Below are positions 59,409 through 64,000 of a stretch of 64,000 bases of DNA, piece by piece. Below the pieces are notes generated by a model, which saw nothing but the letters and a program-made list of their open reading frames with translations, searched no databases and was not told the DNA's origin. Every line of letters begins with the position of its first letter. Positions within the stretch are counted from its first letter, which is position 1. The stretch is from contig JAPLDX010000060.1 in NCBI GenBank assembly GCA_026391215.1, positions 1 to 64,000 of the forward strand. Reading direction: 5' to 3'. The position numbers and the translations under genes were made by a program. This stretch comes from Bacteroidia bacterium. GTDB taxonomy: Bacteria > Bacteroidota > Bacteroidia > Bacteroidales > VadinHA17.

Positions 59409-62400
59409 TTACCTTATATGCTTCCTGATTCTCTCGAAAAGATCATGAGGCTTGAAAGGTTTCAGAACGTAGTCGTTGATCTTCAGCTCGTCAATCTTAT
59501 CGTGATTTTCAGACATTATTGCTGCAGTTAGAGCTACGATTGGAATATTGTTAATCCTTGGATCATTTGATTTTCTTATGATCCGGGTGGCTTCAATCCC
59601 ATCCATTACCGGCATGTGAAGATCCATCAGGATAAGGTCAAAATCTTCTTTGGCCAGTGCATCAAGTGCCAGTTGCCCGTTTTCGGCAAGCGTGGTTGTT
59701 ACTCCCCATCCCGTGAGGAACTTATTGACCACAAAGAAGTTGATCTTATTATCCTCTGCAACAAGTATGTGTTTGCCTTCAAGACCGATAAATAATTCTT
59801 TTACATCCCTGGCTTTTGCTGCTTCACCTTTACCTGAAATTCCAAAGGCAAGAGTAAATGTAAAAGTTGATCCGTTATCAGGATCGCTTTCCAACCTGAT
59901 CGTACCACCCTGAAGGTCAATGAGTTTTTTGCATATAGCCAGACCAAGTCCCGTTCCTCCATAGTGCCTGGTAGTATCCGGAGAAGCCTGGGTGAAGCTC
60001 TCAAATATAGAGTCATGCTTTTCCTTGGGTATGCCTATGCCTGTATCTGCAACAGAAAATTCCAGTTTAGCCTGGGCGGCATTTCTTTCCAGCTCCCTGA
60101 TAGTGACAGTTATGCCTCCCTGGTTTGTGAATTTCAGGGCATTTGAAAGGAGGTTTGAAAGTATCTGGTTAAGCCTGATCTGATCACCGATAACCTCTTC
60201 CGGAAGCGAACCTTCCCTTTTTATTACGAAATCAATGTGTTTAGCCTTCGACCTGAATGAATAAGATCTCATTATTTCTTCAAGAAAGTCGTTCAGGTTG
60301 AACAAAGTCTGTTCAAAGACTATCTTGCCGGATTCCATCTTGTTATAATCAAGCACATCGTTGACCAGGGTAAGAAGATGGTTGCCGGAGAAACGCAATG
60401 TTTTAATATAATCCATCTGATCCTCTCTCGGCTGGCCCTGAAGAAGAAGATTGGTTATGCCGATGACTTCATTCAGAGGGGTTCTAATCTCATGGCTCAT
60501 GGTTGACATGAAGATCTGCTTGGATTGAGCCGCTTCTTCAGCTTTCTGTCTGGCAGTTATAAGGTTGTCAAGCATCATTCTGCGCTGAATGGCTATAGCG
60601 ATCTGGTTTGCAATAAAATCGAGGACATACAGGTCATCAGGTGAGAACTTATTTTCATTGAAGTAATCCTGGAGACACATCACGCCAATAATATTGTCTT
60701 CTACTTTAAGAGGGACACCCATCCAGACCTTGCAGTCTGTGCCGACAAGTTCAATATCTCCTGATGCTTCAAGCTGTTTAAGATCGTTTTCCCTGAGGAG
60801 CACTGATTTATCATTTTTTATTACCCAGCCTGTAATGGTATTCTTGATCGGTATCTCCTGAAAATCGTCCTTCTCATCCGCAAAAAACGGCAGAGAGAGA
60901 GTTTCAGATGCCTTGTCATACAGCGCTATAAAGAAATTATTGGTATCCCATATTTTGCTCAGCTCCTTTACAATCGTTGGATAAATTTCCTTGATGTCCA
61001 TCTGTTTCAGGGCTGCTGTAGAGATATTGTAAAGTATTTCCTGGAGAAGTATGTTTTTCCTTTCAGTGGTTATGTCCCTGTATATGCCGATTATGGCAAC
61101 AGGTTCATTATTGACTAAAATAGGAGTTCCAACCAGGGAAACATTTATCCTGTTACCGGATTTATCTCTTCTTATTGTTTGTCTTGTAACCTTGTTTTTA
61201 TTTCCAGTGATGGTTTCTATTCCGATGGCTTCCTCTTTCAGATCATCCGGAACAACCAGTTCATCAATATTCTGGCTTATTGCCTCTTCCTGTGTATAAC
61301 CGAAAAGGTTAGTGAACTCCTTGTTGATAATTGAAATTACGTTATTGACATCAGTGATCGCTATCGCTTCGGGAGTTGAATCAATCAAACGCTCAAGAAA
61401 AGCTTTTTCCCTGATGATCTGTTGCTCATATTTTTTGTGTCTGGAGAGATCCATGATAGTACCCCTGTAACCCATTTTCTTTCCTTCATGGAATATTCCG
61501 AATGAATGAGTCACTAAAGGAAGAAATGATCCATCCTTTCTTCTGACAAGATATTCATGGCTGGAAACCTCATTAGGTGAACTTATTCCAATGAGATTTG
61601 CAACCATTTTCTTGTAGTCTTCAGGAAAGAGTTCTGAGATAGGAGGTTTCTTTTTCAGCTCCTCTCTGGTAATTCCAAACAAATCCAATCCCAGTTTATT
61701 GCCATAAGTCACCCTCCCGTTCAGGTCAATCTCATAAACTACCACGGGAAGCATCTCAGCAAAGGTCTGGAACAAAGCTGCCTGTTTGTCTATATCGACC
61801 CTTCTCTTCTGCTGATGGCCAGGTTCCCAGGTAATAACAATATTCCCGGAGGTGAGAAGAAATCCCATATAATATCCTTCTGTGTCATCTCCTGCCTGTG
61901 ATGCCGCCAGCTTAAAAGATTCTCCTGTTACATGGATATAATGCAATAGCTCAACAAGTTTCTCATTCCCGGCCAGGGATGTATCATCGACGCATTTTCC
62001 GCAGATCTCGTTCCTGTCTATGAATTCAACTTCCTCAACTTTCCTGTTAACATCGATAATGTAGAATCTCTCATTGTCACCTATGCTGAATAGAGCGAGA
62101 TAGCTGCTGACAGTATTGAAAATCTCCTCCAAAACAGGTCCCTGGCTCTCCCTGATCATGATGTTCTTTCTCGTGCTTATCGGGGAGTATACAGTCATGA
62201 GAAACACCTCATTCTCAAGCTGAATACGACTTGCAGAAAACAGGAAAGGCTTTTCCTCTCCGCTTTTTGTCCTGAGTATAATGACAAAATCCTTTATTTT
62301 TTGAAGCCTGGATAAGAGCTTGATGTATTTATTGCTTTCTTCAATATCAGCAAATAGCCCGATATCATCAGATGTACGACCTATAACCTCCTCCTTGGTA

Positions 62401-62618
62401 TAGCCAAGAACCACCAGAAAACTGGAATTGATATCAAGGAACTTGCCGGTTTCCAGTATTGTCAGAGCCATCGGATTAGGAGCGGAATGAAAAGCTTTAA
62501 ATATCAAGTCATCGTGCGAAGTTTTCTTTCCTTCCATTTCCAAACGAAGCTTGTCAATCTCCTTCTCAAGCTTCCTGTTTACCTTCTCAAGATCCTTGTA
62601 TTTCTCTTTATAATCCAT
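59409..62618 (-). CDS. Hybrid sensor histidine kinase (PAS-PAS-PAS-GAF-HisKA-HATPase-receiver)
   Basis: MSHEIRTPL, NLLSNALKFT, DTGIGI, GGTGLGL, LMDLHMP; start MDYKE at 62618. Confidence 0.93.
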   Translation of the reverse strand: MDYKEKYKDLEKVNRKLEKEIDKLRLEMEGKKTSHDDLIFKAFHSAPNPMALTILETGKFLDINSSFLVVLGYTKEEVIGRTSDDIGLFADIEESNKYIKLLSRLQKIKDFVIILRTKSGEEKPFLFSASRIQLENEVFLMTVYSPISTRKNIMIRESQGPVLEEIFNTVSSYLALFSIGDNERFYIIDVNRKVEEVEFIDRNEICGKCVDDTSLAGNEKLVELLHYIHVTGESFKLAASQAGDDTEGYYMGFLLTSGNIVITWEPGHQQKRRVDIDKQAALFQTFAEMLPVVVYEIDLNGRVTYGNKLGLDLFGITREELKKKPPISELFPEDYKKMVANLIGISSPNEVSSHEYLVRRKDGSFLPLVTHSFGIFHEGKKMGYRGTIMDLSRHKKYEQQIIREKAFLERLIDSTPEAIAITDVNNVISIINKEFTNLFGYTQEEAISQNIDELVVPDDLKEEAIGIETITGNKNKVTRQTIRRDKSGNRINVSLVGTPILVNNEPVAIIGIYRDITTERKNILLQEILYNISTAALKQMDIKEIYPTIVKELSKIWDTNNFFIALYDKASETLSLPFFADEKDDFQEIPIKNTITGWVIKNDKSVLLRENDLKQLEASGDIELVGTDCKVWMGVPLKVEDNIIGVMCLQDYFNENKFSPDDLYVLDFIANQIAIAIQRRMMLDNLITARQKAEEAAQSKQIFMSTMSHEIRTPLNEVIGITNLLLQGQPREDQMDYIKTLRFSGNHLLTLVNDVLDYNKMESGKIVFEQTLFNLNDFLEEIMRSYSFRSKAKHIDFVIKREGSLPEEVIGDQIRLNQILSNLLSNALKFTNQGGITVTIRELERNAAQAKLEFSVADTGIGIPKEKHDSIFESFTQASPDTTRHYGGTGLGLAICKKLIDLQGGTIRLESDPDNGSTFTFTLAFGISGKGEAAKARDVKELFIGLEGKHILVAEDNKINFFVVNKFLTGWGVTTTLAENGQLALDALAKEDFDLILMDLHMPVMDGIEATRIIRKSNDPRINNIPIVALTAAIMSENHDKIDELKINDYVLKPFKPHDLFERIRKHIR

Positions 62619-62702
62619 TTGAGATCTGTATGTACTATCCCGGGTTAAAAATAACAAAAAATGACCAGTCTAACTTATTTATTGAAGCATTCCATAATGA
62701 TT

Positions 62703-63350
62703 TTATTTCTTTTTATTCATATCAGTATAATATTTACAAAAACCTGTTATTCCACACTGGCTGCACAATGGATTCCTGGCTTTGCAGACATACCTTCCAT
62801 GCAGTAAAAGCCAGTGATGAGCCTTGTGTATAAGCTCAACAGGTATATTCTTTGTCAGCTGATCCTCTGCTTGCTCCGGTGTTTTAGCATTCCTGGTAAG
62901 ACCAATTCTCCCTGAGACCCTGAAAACATGTGTATCTACTGCCATTACAGGCTTCTTAAATACAACCGATGAAACAACATTGGCAGTTTTTCTTCCGACA
63001 CCCGGAAGTCTCTGCAGCATAGCCGGATCGGAAGGCATCTGGCCTTTAAATTCTCCGATAAGCATTTTCGACATTCCTGAAAGATACCTGGCCTTGCTGT
63101 TCGGATAAGAACATGACCTGATATATGAGAAAATCTCTGATTGCTCTGCTTTTGCCATGGATTTTGCATCAGGGAATTTTTTCATCAGGGCAGGTGTTAT
63201 CATATTGACTCTCTTATCAGTGCATTGTGCCGAAAGAATGACAGCAACAATAAGTTCAAACGGATCCTGGTATTCAAGCTCAGTCTCAGCTTCCGGCATG
63301 CTGATACTGAAATATTCAATTGTTTTTCTGTATCTATCCTTTAAAGTCAT
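62703..63350 (-). CDS. nth: Endonuclease III
   Basis: LSAQCTDKRVN, LPGVGRKTA, VDTHV, C-x6-C-x2-C-x5-C FeS motif. Confidence 0.96.
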   Translation of the reverse strand: MTLKDRYRKTIEYFSISMPEAETELEYQDPFELIVAVILSAQCTDKRVNMITPALMKKFPDAKSMAKAEQSEIFSYIRSCSYPNSKARYLSGMSKMLIGEFKGQMPSDPAMLQRLPGVGRKTANVVSSVVFKKPVMAVDTHVFRVSGRIGLTRNAKTPEQAEDQLTKNIPVELIHKAHHWLLLHGRYVCKARNPLCSQCGITGFCKYYTDMNKKK

Positions 63351-63472
63351 TGTAAAAGGCTTATAATGGGGCTGGAAAGTTAAGGATTTTTATCTTTGTA
63401 TAATGATCGGTGTACGGTGTCCTTAAATTTCACAGGGATTTTATAGCTTTAACCGGCTTTATACTTTATAGT

Positions 63473-64000
63473 TTGGAACAAATAGTCATAAATACTCCTG
63501 GTGCCGTTTCAAATATTTTTGTCGGCGCAGCCTGGGAAACCACCTGGCAACATCTTCCGGAAGATGGTGTCGTAATAGTTACTGATAATAATGTTTATGA
63601 TCTTTATAGAGGAAAGTTCCCCGGATTCCCGGTCCTGAAAATCATCCCGGGGGAGGAGAGCAAGAGCCTGAAAGTTGTTGAGAAGCTTTCCGACAAGCTT
63701 TTGAAAACAGGTGTCGGACGTTCAGGATTTATCCTGGCAATAGGAGGGGGCGTGGTTTGCGATATAGCAGGATTTCTTGCCTCTGTTTTTATGAGAGGAA
63801 TACGCTGTGGCTATATTTCAACAAGCCTCCTTTCTCAGGTAGATGCAAGCACAGGAGGGAAAAACGGAGTCAACCTGGGAAAAATAAAAAATGTGATAGG
63901 GAATTTCAGACAGCCCGAGTTCGTTATATGCGACACTTCAATGCTGAAAACCCTTCCTGAAAAGGAGTATCTGTCAGGACTGGCCGAACTGATAAAGACC
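63473..64000 (+). CDS. aroB: 3-dehydroquinate synthase (partial, runs off the window)
   Basis: Own translation from TTG 63473: GEESKS...AIGGGVVCDIAGF...MRG...TSLLSQVDASTGGKNGVN; not in the ORF track. Confidence 0.92.
   Translation, partial: MEQIVINTPGAVSNIFVGAAWETTWQHLPEDGVVIVTDNNVYDLYRGKFPGFPVLKIIPGEESKSLKVVEKLSDKLLKTGVGRSGFILAIGGGVVCDIAGFLASVFMRGIRCGYISTSLLSQVDASTGGKNGVNLGKIKNVIGNFRQPEFVICDTSMLKTLPEKEYLSGLAELIKT

Noticed and set aside
63757-63960. 67-aa ORF
   Set aside because: An out-of-frame shadow inside aroB

Overview
Chromosomal segment of a Bacteroidota (Bacteroidales-like) bacterium, judged from TAnnTTTG promoters, T9SS cargo proteins and Q-rule signal peptides. The left part (~1-36.2 kb, ending at tRNA-Ser(TGA)) is accessory and rich in surface proteins: an M16 peptidase, a GH2 beta-galactosidase broken by an internal deletion, a LytS/LytTR pair with candidate binding sites, two RCC1-repeat lipoproteins, a GltP-type symporter, a CotH/T9SS protein, an AAA-DUF4143 ATPase and an S9 peptidase. 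It also holds an unusual Lgt-like/beta-barrel fusion gene and three tandem fibre-like proteins that share an unnamed N-domain, carry 5/4/3 copies of a 39-aa GAKGGFAVGGFG repeat and end in FISUMP tips. The right part is housekeeping: HU, htpG, aspC, lemA/htpX, plsY, pckA (in-frame TAG at a conserved Glu), ppdK, xerD, aroQ, pyk, nth and aroB. Intergenic DNA carries many REP-like palindromes, short tandem repeats and a tRNA(CAU) 3'-half remnant. No CRISPR array, transposase, reverse transcriptase or rRNA was seen. All product calls come from motif recognition, not database searches.
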